Both the position numbers and the translations under genes were made by a program. A stretch of DNA of 64,000 nucleotides from Octopus vulgaris (taxonomy: Eukaryota), in assembly GCA_951406725.2 (NCBI GenBank), contig OX597814.1:142600001-142664000 (forward strand), read 5' to 3'. A model generated the notes under the pieces. That model had not been told where the DNA came from, did no database searches, and saw only the letters and a list, made by a program, of their open reading frames with translations. Below, piece by piece: positions 40,260 to 57,793 of the stretch (the stretch's first letter is position 1; each line of letters opens with the position of its first letter).

Positions 40260-40892
40260 ATCCTTTTCTACTCTAGGCACAAGGTCCGAAATTTTGGGGG
40301 AGGAGGCCAGTCAATTGGATCGACTCCGGTATGCAACTGGTATTTAATTTATCGACCCCGAAAGGATAAAAGGCAAAGTCGACCATGACGGAATTTGAAC
40401 TCAGAACGTAAAGACAGACGAAATACCGTTAAGCATTTTGCCTGGCGTGCTAACGTTTCTGACAGCACGCCGCCTTATTACAGAATCAAATATTCTTTTC
40501 TATTCTAAGCACAAGGCCCGAAATCTTTGGGGTTGGGGTCAGTCGACTAGATCGACTCCAGTATACAACTGGTACTTAATTTATCGACTGCGAAAAAAAT
40601 GAAAGGCAAAGTCGACCTCGGCGGAATTTGAACTTAGAACGTAAAGACAGACGAAATACCTATTTCTTTACTACCCACAAGGGGCTAAACACAGAGGGGA
40701 CAAACAAGGACAGACAAACTGATTAAGTCGATTACATCGACCCCAGTGCGTAACTGGTACTTAATTTATCGACCCCGAAAGGATGAAAGGCAAAGTCGAC
40801 CTCGGCGAAATTTGAACTCAGAACGTAACGGCAGACGAAATACGGCTACGTATTTCGCCCGGCGTGCTAACGTTTCTGCCAGCTCGCCGCCT
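40260..40892 (-). mobile_element. Three tandem or nested SINE family B copies
   Basis: Repeated reverse complement of the family B core, with two tail types. Confidence 0.85.
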
Positions 40893-41542
40893 TAACATTA
40901 CCGGACTAATACGGACAAAGAAATAACAGGTTTGTAATGGCTGCATGTTGAAGGATGAATGTAGGACAGAACACCATGTGATATACTCTTTCACTTCAGT
41001 TAATCATAAAGCTTGATACAACCTCACTAAAGTACATTGGGTGTATCCTTTATTCCATATCTTTTACTTGTTTCAGTCATCGGCCTGCGGTCATGCTGAA
41101 GCACCGCTTTGGAGGGATTAGTTGAACAAATCCATTCCATAACTTGTTTCCTTTCTTTCTTTTTTTCTGTTGGCCTGATACTTATTCCATCGAACTCTTT
41201 TGTCGAACTGATATGTCTCAGAGACGTAAACAAACCAACACTGGTTGTCAAGCGGTAGAAGGCACAAACGAAAGACATAAACGCACGCGCGGGCGCACAT
41301 CCATACACACGCACACACAGATATATATATATGATGTGTTTCCACACAGCTTCCTTCTAGGAGATTCACTTACAAGACATGAGTCGGCCCGAGGCCACAG
41401 TAGAAGACACTTCCCCAAGTTGACGTGCAGTGGGACTGAACCAGAAACCTTGTGGTTGCAAAGTGAGCTCCTTAACCACACATCCATGAGTCCCTCATTT
41501 AATCTATTTAAAGTCGTCTGTTTTAGTTTTCTATTATTTATT

Positions 41543-41952
41543 TACTCTTTACTCTTTACTCTTTTACTTGTTCAGTCATTTGACTGCGGCCATGCTGGAG
41601 CACCGCCTTTAGTCGAGCAAATCGACCCTGGGACTTATTCTTTGTAAGCCCAGTACTTATTCTATCGGTCTCTTTTTTGACGGGGACGTAAACACACCAG
41701 CATCGGTTGTCAAGCAATGCTAGGGGGACAAACACACCAGACACACAAACACACACATACATATACATATGTATATATACATATATACGACAGGCTTCTT
41801 TCAGTTTCCGTCTACCAAATCCACTCACAAGGCATTGGTCGGCCCGGGGCTATAGCAGAAGACACTTGCCCAAGATGTCACGCAGTGGGACTGAACCCGG
41901 GACCATGTGGTTGGTTAGCAAGCTACTTACCACACAGCCACTCCTACGCCTA
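41543..41952 (-). mobile_element. SINE family A copy
   Basis: High identity to 25260-25693. Confidence 0.9.
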
Positions 41953-42344
41953 TTTATTTATTTTATTTATTTATTTATTTTATTTATTTATTTATTTATT
42001 TTGATCAGGTTTGTTCCTTTAGAAGGGAGTATGTTTTTATGGAAAAATTTAGTTGAATACTTTTTGAGTATTATTGTTAATGTGAGTTTTGGAGTTTGTT
42101 TCGGTCACAATTAGAAGCAAGATTAAAGGGCTTCGAAGACTTATTTGTATCTGGGTATTTTATATTTCATCTGTTCTGGTATACAAGTTGTTTATAGTCT
42201 GGAACTTTTGTATGTATACGTATCTGTTTCGATTAATGCTTGTTTTTATTTACATTAGTGTGTGTGTGTGTGCATTGTTTGTTCAGTTTCAATTGTTGTT
42301 TTTTAGTTTGATTCTTAAGGATATCAATTTCATCTTGTGTGTTT

Positions 42345-42680
42345 TGTTCCAAAGAATCTCAACAAGTATCTCGGAGGAAGAAATATTCAAACAAACAGCA
42401 CCATTCTACAACAAAACCATAAAAGCTAATAGACTCACAAAGTCCCAGCCCGGACAATAAGCATAAAAAATAGATATCACCTGGTGCAATCCACTCTTCA
42501 GCCCAAACGTCTCAAGAAACGTTGTACATATACTCATAGCACTAATCAGTAAACGTTTCCCATCAGTGCACAAATAACACAAATTATTTGATAGAAACAA
42601 TACAAAAGTTAGCTAAACACATTACCAAATTACTTACAAAAGTTACTCATTCCATGTATACCAATATCAATTATAATAGG
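42345..42680 (+). mobile_element. Degraded Penelope-like RT C-terminal fragment (Naiad/Chlamys-like)
   Basis: RISTSISEEEIFKQTAPFYNKTIK...ITWCNPLFSPNVSRNV...KRFPSVHK*HKLFDRNNTKVS resembles the PLE motifs IWFNPPFS and HKIFNRNTVKVSY. A related scrap lies at ~40025-40110. Confidence 0.7.
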
Positions 42681-45603
42681 ACATTATATTCACCAAATTC
42701 TTCTTTAATTTACGTGTGTTTACGTCCCCGTAACTTAGCGGTTCGGCCTAAGAGACCGATAGGCTTACAAAGAATAAGTCCTGGGGTCGATTTGCTCGAC
42801 TAAAGGCGGTGTTCCAGCATGGCCGCAGTCAAATGACTGAAACAAGTAAAAGAGTAAAAGAGCATTGAAATTTTTTTCAACATTTTCCCCTAATAAAAAC
42901 TAAAAGATATATACAGACATCTCAATACGGGCGCGTGCACACACATTCACACAACAACGGCAACAAATCAAACGAACAAGTCTTTGAACCTTAACAGTAA
43001 CCAAAACAGAATTCAAAATATATATTAAAGACACTTGCAAAACATTCACTCATCCATGAAGACTAATATCAACAGCCATGAAAAACAGTAGGAGACCTAT
43101 ACCTCGCTCTATTGAAAAGGAAGACAGACTTGCTCAAAGAAACGCAAATTTGAATAACTTTAATTACATTAACATAACAAAGAAATTCAACAAATAAGCA
43201 ATCCAATAAAAAAAAATAAACAACAAAGCGAAATAAAAACAGACATAAAACAAAAAATACAGAAAGCACGCCTTGCAATAATTAAACATCATACCTAGGA
43301 ACATGCAACAGTCACGAACTTATACAAATGCACTGATTCACCTTATCTGGGTTTTGTCACTTTAATCGAATTGTATTTCCTACCAATTCGCACCTCAATT
43401 ACATTCATGATTTTTTTTTTCTCTCTCTCTCTCTCGTTTATATTTTTGCATGCGCTGTAACAAGACAACTAGTTTTTGCCAACGCAAAACGACATCACTT
43501 TCATTGGATTCTACTTGTTTTACTATCTAGCGTGGATTTTTCGTCTACTACTGCTACTGTTGGACCCTAACGTGTGAGGTACAATACATTGCCTTTTATT
43601 GAAAATGATTGGAAAGAGAAAAACTGCGGGACAGAATCATTAAAAAAATCACGTTCGGCGAATAACCATATTTTACGAAGGTTTTACACGGGAGAAAACT
43701 CAGCCACTTTGTAATATTCATGTATGTAACGTCTAAAAGGGTAAAGACCCCTTCGGTCATGAATGACCGTGGGATTGCATCTAGAAAGTTCCCCTCTGTG
43801 GCACAAGTCCAGGCAAGTGTGGTTTTGGAAGACCACCAGTCGCCCATGGATACCAGCTTCCCCTCTCCACGCCACTGATGTTGTCCAAGGGAAAGGCAAA
43901 AACCGATACAACTTGGCACTAGTGATCACAACACCTTTCTTATTTCTTTATTGCCCACAAGGGGCTAAACATAGAGGGGACAAACAAAGACAGACAAACG
44001 GCTTAAGTCGATTACATCGACCCCAGTGCGTAACTGGTACTTAATTTATCGACCCCCGAAGGGATGAAAGGCAAACCTCGGCGGAATTTGAACTCAGAAC
44101 GTAAAACCGCTAAGCATTTCGCTCGGCGTGCTAACGTTTCTGCCAGCTCCCCGCCTTTCACAACACAACATTATTTCTATAGCTGAATGAACTGGAGCAA
44201 CGTTAAATAAAGTGTCTTGCTCAACAACACAACACAGCCCGGTCAATAAATGACAAAAAAAAAATGAAATTAAGCCAATTTCTCAAGCAGCCACTCATTC
44301 AACTGAGCGGACGGTATTTTTCGTAGATCCGAAATGATGCATAAAGTGAAACGTGTGTTGTGCGTGTTGATCGGCGACCAAACTGGATATAAAGTGTAAA
44401 TAATGACGATTATCGATTAAATCAATCTTTTATCTTTTACTTGTTTCTGTCATTAGACTTCGGCTGTGGTGGGGTACTACCTTGAAGAATTTTAGTCGAA
44501 CGAATTGACCACAGCAGCTTTGTCTTCTTTTTAGCCCGGTATTTATCCTATCGGTTTTTTGCCGAACCGCTAAGTCCCAGGGACGTAAACACACTAACAC
44601 CAATTGTCATAGCTGGTTTAGCGAAATGTTAATTCGTAAATTAAAAATTAATATAAATAGTATTAGCATTTTGCTAAATCGGCCATAAATTTCTACAGTA
44701 AGAATATATATACTGACAGCCGGAATTAGCCAAATCATCGAGCGTTTGGGTAGTCACTACTAACGAGCCAACAACTGTTTGTCGCAACCAATCTAGTCTA
44801 GTGATCCGAGAGACGCTCATGCAGTGGTTATCTCTCCTGTCAGTGTATATATATTGCGTGCTTCTTACAGCATTAAGAGTTTCTAAGTTTTTGTTTTATT
44901 TCTTACAATATAAGTGTTTCGGCACCCTCAATCACAATTAGCGACGATAAAATATTTCCTTTATGACACCATATTGCGCCTATCAGGGTTTTTTTTTTTG
45001 CTTTTTTTTTGCATGTCATTGATGAGATTATGAATTGCTACCAAAAAACTTAAATGACTGATCAAGTGACCTAACAATTAATCAACCAATCGATTAGTCA
45101 ATTGGTTAACTGGTTAACCAGTTGACTAATGATAGTAAAAGAAATGAAACAGAATCAATGCATGTATTTATCATTGGCATAATTTGAAGTCATTAGTGTA
45201 TAGTTTACGACACTCGCGCTATCGAATACAAACGAAAAAACATAGACACCTATTCATGCATACATTCATAGAAACACTTCGCACATCACACAATATCTAT
45301 GCTAAGAAATTTCCCCGAGAAACCAATTGAAGTCAACGTAGTTTATCTATAAACTTTCAGTCAACAATACCTTGAAGCTAACTTGTAAACAACTAAATAT
45401 TTGATTTCACCTCATGTGTGCAATTTTTAAGAAACTGGCTTTGACTTCGTGTTTACAGTCAGGAATGCCTTACGGCGATCTTTTTTGTTTATGCCATTCT
45501 TCGTGATAGGAAATATTTGTCTCTACACTTTCTTTCGAGTTCTACGTCAGATAATGTTTATTCACGGAATAACATACAGGTATGTATGTTAAATTCCCTC
45601 AAC

Positions 45604-49099
<3,496 letters not shown>

Positions 49100-49102
49100 T
49101 AC

Positions 49103-49334
49103 ACTCTCTCTTTACTCTTTTACTTTGTTTCAGTCATTTGACTGTGGCCATGCTGGAGCACCGCCTTTAGTCGAGCAAATCGACCCCAGGACTTATTCTT
49201 TGTAAACCTAGTACTTATTCTATCGGTCTCTTTTGCCGAACTGCTAAGCTACAGGGACGTAAACACACCACCATCCGTTGTCAAGCGATGTTGGGGGGAC
49301 AAACACAGATACACAAACATACACACACACGCGC

Positions 49335-49385
<51 letters not shown>

Positions 49386-49557
49386 CATATATACGACGAG
49401 CTTCTTTTAGTTTCCGTTTACCAAATCCACTCACAAGGCTTTGGTCGGCCCGAGGCTATAGTAGAAGACACTTGCCCAAGGTGCCACACAGTGGTACTGA
49501 ACCCGGAACCATGCGGTTCGTAAGCAAGCTACTTACCAAACAGCCACTCCTACGCCT
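49103..49557 (-). mobile_element. SINE family A copy at the truncation point of the Penelope element
   Basis: High identity to 25260-25693. Confidence 0.9.
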
Positions 49558-49961
49558 ATATATATAAAATATTTTATTTGTTTGTCATTAGACTGCGACC
49601 ATGCTGGAGCATTGTTGCATTGGAGGATTTTTAGTCGAATGTATCGATTCCAGTACTTACTGTTATTTTTTTTAAGCCTGGTATTCATTTTTATCAGTCT
49701 CTTTTGCCGAACCGCTAATCTACGTGAACGTAATGACACCAACACCGGTTGTCAAGCGGTGGTGGGGAGCAAACACAGACACAAACGCACACACACCCAC
49801 TCATATATATATGTGCTTGTAGTGATAAATTACATGGTTATTGACGTTATGTCTATTTTGGCATTAGAAATTTTTTCTTTTGCCCTTACTTATAAATATA
49901 TATAAATAAATATATATATATATATATATACATACATATATACACACAGACACACACGCAC

Positions 49962-50031
<70 letters not shown>

Positions 50032-50185
50032 GCGCGCGCGCGTGTGAGACAAGCTCCTCACAGTTTCCGTCTACCAAATCCATTCACAACGCTTTCGTCG
50101 GCCCGAGACTACATCAGAATACTCTAAACCTGTAATCATGTGGTTCGGAAGCAAAGTTCTTACTACACAACCACGCCTGCGTGGC

Positions 50186-50230
<45 letters not shown>

Positions 50231-50558
50231 AATTTGTTTACCAACACCATGTTTCCGACTTCAGTCCCACTGCGTGGCACCTTCGACGAGTATCTTGAGT
50301 GCATTTCGTTGACGAAGACTGAAAGAAAATTTTGTGTGTGTGTGATTGTGTGTATATGTGTGTGTGTGTATCTGTGTCTGTGTCTGTCTGTCAGTCTGTG
50401 TGAGTGTGTATCTATATCTGTGATCTGTGTTTGTCTGTGCTTGTTCCCAACTACCGCTTCATAGCCGGTGTTAGTGTGTTTTCGGCCCTGTGACTTGGTG
50501 ATTCGAAAAGAAAAAGAAAAAAAGTAGGATAAGTACGAAGCTTTAAAAAAAAAATAAT

Positions 50559-50964
50559 GGATCTTTTCGGTTTGAACGGCAGTTTTTTAAAATAATTTCC
50601 ACGTAACTAAACACTTTTAAACTTCGTATACTGGTAGAATGTGTTTATAAAACATCTTTTTCTCTTGCCTTTATTGAGAAAATTCTATAGTTTGTAAGAT
50701 ATTCGTTTTTTTCTTCAATTTCTGCAGTTTCAACCAATCAATGACGTCTATTGAGGTAAAAACATTCTGTGCCGTATGAATATGTCCCTCGTTTAAGAAA
50801 CAGATTGGGTTTATTTACATTTCTGAAGAAAAAAAGATACCCTTCCCCCCACCCCTAACCCTAAAACAGATTGAAATGCACTAGATCGATACTAGGGTCA
50901 TAATTATGGGTGACAATTTCATATGACACCGCTAGAAAAACTGCCGTTCAAACTGAAAAGATCC
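50559..50964 (+). mobile_element. Merlin-like MITE, ~29-bp TIR, 8-bp TSD aaaataat, inserted in a SINE
   Basis: TIR GGATCTTTTCGGTTTGAACGGCAGTTTTT; TSD at 50551-50558 and 50965-50972. Confidence 0.9.
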
Positions 50965-51052
50965 AAAATAATAAATACTGTGGTTGATTCCTTCGATTAA
51001 AGTTTTTCTACGTAGTGTTTCAGTATGGCCGCAGTGTAATGATTGAAACTAG

Positions 51053-51114
<62 letters not shown>

Positions 51115-51518
51115 CTAATATACGCGAGCACGTACGTGTATTCATATTTACGTAAGCCTCCTATATCGGTGCATGATGTAAACATCGGTAGTATACGTAT
51201 ACTATTAAGACCTTACCAATTTTGATGCTATCTCCCTCATTTCCTATTCTTTAACAAAGTATGATACGTACTTACTAAGGTTCGGAATCTATTTCAAACC
51301 TGATTTTTACTGACCATCACTCACCAACCATTTCTGGTTTCTGCTTTTAATTACTACTCTTCGTTAAAATAAAATGCGAAAGGCAGTATTGTAGAAAATA
51401 AAGACAGTCGTTACCTACATATTTATTGAAAGTATTTTGTTCATTTACGTTTGCTCCAACAACTGTGGCATGGGAAACAGAAACGATATCGAGTTGTATT
51501 TATTATTACACAGTAAGA

Positions 51519-51574
<56 letters not shown>

Positions 51575-52186
51575 AGGGCGGGCGTTGTCTCACAAGCAGT
51601 TGTGCAGCCAAAAGTGTTAGTAAATGTGGTTGGATTGACCTGAAAATGTGCACACCTATGTTAAAAGTGTTGGGAAGTTTGCATGGCAACTTTGAGTTTG
51701 CTCAATTGAAAGGCGTGGCCTCTAGGGCAAAATGCCTCATTTTTAAAATGTGGCCCGAGTACACCCGAATGAAATCGGGTTATAATACTACTACATATGG
51801 GCGCAGAAGTGGCTGTGTGTAGGTAGCTTGCTTACCAACCACACGCTTCCGGGTTCAGTACCACTGCGTGGCAATATGGGCAAGTATCTTCTACTATAGC
51901 CTCGGACCGATCAAAGCCTTGTGAGTGCATTTGGTAGACGGAAACTGAAAGAAGACCATCGTATGTATGTATGTATGTATGTATGTATGTATGTATGTAT
52001 GTATGTATGTATGTATGTGTGTGTGTGTGTATGTGCATGTGTATTTGTGCTTGTCCCCCAACATCGCTTAACTAGTGAATAAGTACTAGGATTACAAAGA
52101 GTTAGTCTTGGGGTCGATTTGCTCGACTAAAAGGCGGTGCTCCAGCATGGCTGCAGTCAAATGACTGAAACAAATAAGAGAATAGA

Positions 52187-52324
<138 letters not shown>

Positions 52325-52470
52325 GCAGAATACATACATACAGATGCACACACATACATACATATATACATGTGCATGCACACACATATATACATACACA
52401 CACATGCATACATACATTACATACACACATACATACGTACATGCATGTGTAGCGAAGACGCTTAAGGAAA

Positions 52471-52507
<37 letters not shown>

Positions 52508-53852
52508 ATATATACATAAATACGGACGCAGTAGATAACAGCTAGCCTTCGGCCGCTCTTTTGGACCCTGTTGTGTCCACTACACTGATTGGTTGGTATT
52601 GGTGCACTTTTGTCTCATGCTCTGTTAGGCGCCAATGTGCAACTCAACCAATCGAAGCCTTCTGATAAGGTAACAAACACCTTCCACGCTGCAATTGTTT
52701 TTTGTTTCAGCACACAATCTCAGATCAGGTCACTTGCTATGCAAGTACATCTCCGTAATATATATACACATCGTGAAGTTTGTTTACCACCTAAATGTGA
52801 CTGACACATATGGGACGATACTACTGTAGTTTATAGCCCCAGGAAGACACACTATCAGTGCCTAATCAGTATTTGCGAAGGAAAATCATCGTTCCCATCT
52901 CTAGCCTTACGCGATACACACGGATTCGGGATGAGAGGTGATTCCGAACGCAAAATACTATATGCTTTTTCCAGTGACAAACCGTCGTTGTTGATCTCGA
53001 AATATATATAAAGAAAAAAGAACAAAAAAACTTTGTTTATTGAGAAGACAAGTTGGTTTGGAGAGTTAGCTAATTAACTAGGGGAAACAACTCTGCAATG
53101 GGTAGTACAATGACTTATCTCCCCTGAACTAAAATACTACAACGGCTGTTTATCATGGCTAAACAACTACAGTTTAGATGATGATGATGATGATGATGAT
53201 GACGATGACGATGACGACGACGACGACGACTTACTATGGTTTTAAATTAAGCTTTTTTTTTTCCATTTATATGGAGTTACACTACAGTAACTGTTATGTC
53301 AATATTTTGTAACCTTCTAAAAACATGTAAATAACAGTTGCAAGCAACTCCTTATGCGAGTTTCTTTCGGTCCTTTACGGTTTGACTTCAAATGTCCCTC
53401 TTATGTCTCCCCGCCATATTTTAACTTTGTCTTTCATAATTGCGAGATTGAGAAATTTAAAATATCGGTCAAATTGCGAAGAAGCAGCATTGAATAAAAT
53501 ACGTTCATGTGAAGTCGATGTAATACGTTCGAGCACGTCAAGAAGTGAGAAAATCTTGCTCTTCTGCATTTCAATGACATCATTCACAGTCCAAATGTGT
53601 TTTCACACGCATCGTCTATGAAGAGAATTTTCTTCCGAGACTATTCTTGCGGTGATAGGTCTTCTCACGTCTGAATACTCTCGAAAATGTTCAATATGAC
53701 TTCATACGAATATATTTTATTCAAAGCTGCTTCGCCCGAGTTTATTATTCATTAATTCTAACTTGATCAAGCTTTATGTACATCAGCAAATATAAATTGT
53801 GTCCTGTTCTAATAAGACTGAATTCCTTGTCGCGATGAGAATGATAGTTATT

Positions 53853-54264
53853 GGATCTTTTCGGTTTGAACGGCAGTTTTTTTTCTAGCGGTGTCATATG
53901 AAATTGTCACCCATAATTATGACCCTAGTATCGATCTATTGCATTTCAATCTCTTTTAGGGTTAGGGGTGGAAGGAAGGGTATCTTTTTTTCTTCACAAA
54001 TGTAAATAAACCCAATCTGTTTCTTAAACGAAGGACATATTCATACGGCACAGAAGGCTTTTTACGTCAATACACGTCATTGATTGGTTGAAATTGCAGA
54101 AATTGAAGAAAAAAACAACGAATATCTTATAAACTATAGAATTTTCTCAATAAAACCAAGAGAAAAAGATGTTTTATAAACACATTCTACCAGTATACGA
54201 AGTTTAAAATTTTTTAGTTACCTAGAAATTATGTTAAAAACTGCCGTTCAAACCGAAAAGATCC
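53853..54264 (-). mobile_element. Second copy of the same MITE in opposite orientation, 8-bp TSD tagttatt
   Basis: Matching TIRs; TSD at 53845-53852 and 54265-54272; interior is the reverse complement of 50559-50964. Confidence 0.9.
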
Positions 54265-55537
54265 TAGTTATTATTTGTTGCTGACAACGCAAAAGAAAGC
54301 AGAAAAACGTACTTCCCATGATCCAGTGATGTCATTCACATTCTAACATATGTAATAAATATTAACAACCACATATACTTAACGTACAAGTATCATGTAT
54401 TTGCCAATAGGTTGCGATTTGGCGTCGTGGAGATTACTCTCTCAAAGCTCCGGGTATTAAAACACCTTCAAGTCATGGACGGGAATGACAACTCACCCTA
54501 AATCAATTCAGGGGTGATGGGCATCGATGTTTTACCGCTTTTGTGGCTTATCGATATCACGTACCCGAATCGAATTGGAGGTAAATCGTACCGCCAGTTC
54601 AAGACTTATATGTACATAGTGTAAAAATTGTGCAGGTATAAGCCATAAAAATGGCGAAACATCGATGTCCATCACTCCTATATGAGATTAGGCGTAAATT
54701 ATTTCGCCTGTCTGTGACTTTCAGATGTTTTAACACCTGACACGTCGAGGGAATAATCTCCACCACGCCAAAAGGCAGCCTATCGGAAACCACACAAATC
54801 ATATATGTTAAGTATGCGTGGTCGATGTTTATTACACTAAAGCCTGCTTCTATTTTGTATTTGAATTTAAGATATATGCTTTCACACAAGTCGTCTCGAA
54901 GGAGAATTTTCTCTCAGATTATTTCTGCAGTTGAAGCTCTTCTCACGTTAGAGTGTACGCGAACGTGTTAAATTTAACTTTACACGAATATTTTCAACGC
55001 TACTTTGCGCAGTTATACATATAGCAGCACCAGTGCCAAGCAGGGATTAAGATGGAAGAAGGATAAAGAGCCTGAAACGCACATCTGGGAATCCAATAGG
55101 GTGAAGCACTGGGCAGATATGGTATTTTTACACTTTTTAACATAAAAGAATTTTTTCTCCATGGCAACTGTTGTTAATTTGCCCTTAGAAGATAAAATAT
55201 GAGACAGACATATTTTAAATAACCTAACGTTTGCAGTTATGTTGCTGACCAACTGATAAAACAAAAATACAGATAGAGAAAATCACGTCTTTAATCGTAG
55301 AATTAGTGGTGAATTCTAAAATTAACGATGTAATTTTCTCTATCTGTACTTTTGTTGTCTAATACTCTGAATTTCCAGAAATTCTTCCAAATGATATTTG
55401 AATCTAATTGCCACACACGAGGAATTAACACAGATGTGGATTCTACTTGCATTTATTGGTGTCTGATTGTTGGATATTGTTAACCGAATTCGTTTAAAAC
55501 TGAGTGCTTTATTGATATTTACCTGGATATTTTTCTT

Positions 55538-55580
<43 letters not shown>

Positions 55581-56275
55581 GGATGCATGCGTGCGTGTGT
55601 GTGTGTAATCATAATCCTCATCGTTTTAACATTCACTTTTCCATGCTTACACAGGTCAGAGTTTATTGAAGCAAATTTTCTATGGCTGGATGCCCTTCCT
55701 GTCACCACTTTCATGTTTCCAAGCAAAGTAATTTTCCACCCCATAGACAGACATGTTTCACACAGAAGACTGGAAATAAAACAATCACTTTTATGATGAC
55801 GATGATGCTCACAAACAACCATTACATTATATCTAGACAAGGTAACACAAACGGCGAGCTGGCAGAATCGTTAGCATGCCGGGCGAAATGCATAGCCGTT
55901 AATTTGTCTGTCGCTACATTCTGAGTTCAAATTCCACCGAGGTTGACTTTGCTTTTCATCCTTTCAGGGTCGATAAATAAAGTACCAGTTACGCACTGGG
56001 GTCGATGTAATCGACTTAATCCCTTTGTCTATCCTTGTTTGTCCCCTCTATGTTTAGCCCCATGTGGGCAATAAAGAAATATATATATATGTTATGGGTT
56101 TCTTTCAGTTTTTGTTTACCAAATCTACTAACAAGATTTTAGTTGGGCTGGCACTATAGCAAAACACACTTGCCCAAGATGTTGTACAGTGGAACTGAAC
56201 CCAAGAGTGTATGGTAAAAAACAACTTTCTCAACACAAAACTATAACTGCAGTTTTAAACAAAAGCATCAAAATT

Positions 56276-56367
56276 TTTATTGTTGTAATTTATTGAATTT
56301 TAAAATAAATGGAATGTCAAATAGTTTTGTTGAAACTTATTGAAAGGGGTTGTTTGTTTTTTTTATT
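56276..56367 (-). terminator. Candidate polyadenylation signals of DPCD
   Basis: AATAAA on the minus strand (tttatt on plus) at ~56362-56367 and ~56276-56281, shortly after the stop codon. Such hexamers are common in AT-rich DNA. Confidence 0.4.
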
Positions 56368-56410
56368 TTATTTTTAAATAATTTCTGGTTTTTAATTCCT
56401 GAAAGTGGTT

Positions 56411-56515
56411 TTAACTTGGTTGACAGCTTGAAACATTATCACCAGATGACTTTACTTTCTTCAGTTCATTGTGAATCTCTTTTTCAAATGATAGCACTTC
56501 TTTTGGCTTTTTGTA
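56411..56515 (-). CDS. DPCD: DPCD last coding exon 6 (105 nt including TAA)
   Basis: tacag acceptor. Encodes YKKPKEVLSFEKEIHNELKKVKSSGDNVSSCQPS*, cf. human YQKPKEV...ELKKVK...CKTQ*. Confidence 0.95.
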   Translation of the reverse strand, partial: YKKPKEVLSFEKEIHNELKKVKSSGDNVSSCQPS

Positions 56516-56790
56516 CTGTAAACAAACATAGGTAAAAATATTTAACATTAATTTAATGCTGAATTCTTATTGTTGAATAGAAAACAAATTACTGTATTCA
56601 AGATTGATATATAAGAAAATAATTAATTGTCAATCCCTCTTGATTATGAGGTACTCTGACTCACTACTTCATCTTCCTTGACAGTGAATATCAACAGACC
56701 AAAATACACACACACACACACACACACATGTATATGTATATATGCATATATATGTATCAACAAACCTTAATACAAATATATGTATACATA

Positions 56791-56827
<37 letters not shown>

Positions 56828-57316
56828 GAATATATACACACATGTACATGTGTAAAAACTTACCATGAATATGCATGCATACATGCATAACAAGTCTGAC
56901 AGCTGTTTCTGGAGGCTTGGAATTGCATCAAAATATTAACAAGTGTAGTTTGCAAAAGTCAAAGATATGCAACCTGTAGTTGAAGCATATAAACATTAGG
57001 TAAATCTGGCCTTCATCTTCTGGATGGAGAGATAGGTATCTAGAGCTGATACCTACAACTGGTTGCATATCTTTGACTTTTTGCAAGCTACATCTGCCAA
57101 CATTATGATGTAATTCTGAGCCCCAGATACATACATGTATACAATCGAACTAAGCAAACCTGAGTTTATTGAGTGGGCTACCTTTTGAAAAATCATCTGA
57201 CAAGACATATCTGCACTGAAGGATGCACCATAATCAGTTGTATATCACTCATGAGGGTTTCATGCAAGATGGTTCGAAATGATTGTTGTGATAAATAAAG
57301 AATCTCATGAATTCCA

Positions 57317-57356
<40 letters not shown>

Positions 57357-57690
57357 GGACTCTTTGATTGAGGACTGGCAAGCTAGGAGGCTGCACCAGG
57401 CTCCAATCTGATCTGGCAAGGTTTCTACGGCTAGATGCCCGTCCTAATGCCAACCACTACACTCTCAGAGTTGTTGGCATTAGGAAGGGCATCCAGTTGT
57501 AGAAACCTTGCCAGATCAGATTGAAGCCTAGTGGAGCCTCCCAGATCACCAGTCCTTGATCAAACCGTCCAACCTATGGCAGCATGGAAAGCGGACATTA
57601 AACAATGATGATGATGATGATGATATATTTTTTCTTTTTTCAAAATAAGTTTTAGAAACAATAAGCAAATAAAGACAAAAAAATACTTAC

Positions 57691-57793
57691 TGATATGATT
57701 AAAGTATTATTGATATGAGAAAACGTTATTGCTTCTTTATTCAGCGTAAGTTCAAGGCGAACCATGTCTGTTATTGAGAACTTCTTGTAGTAT
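57691..57793 (-). CDS. DPCD: DPCD coding exon 5 (103 nt)
   Basis: gttcag acceptor and gtaagt donor. Encodes (K)YYKKFSITDMVRLELTLNKEAITFSHINNTLIIS, cf. human KYYKKFSIPDL...HANCTLIIS. Confidence 0.96.

Noticed and set aside
54882-54970. RRIFSQIISAVEAL resembles kinase subdomain VIa
   Set aside because: The frame closes immediately, no HRD motif follows, and the segment belongs to the local repeat complex.
55013-55264. 83-aa minus-strand ORF with a hydrophobic C-terminus (GPI-anchor-like last exon?)
   Set aside because: No recognisable homology and no supporting neighbouring exons.
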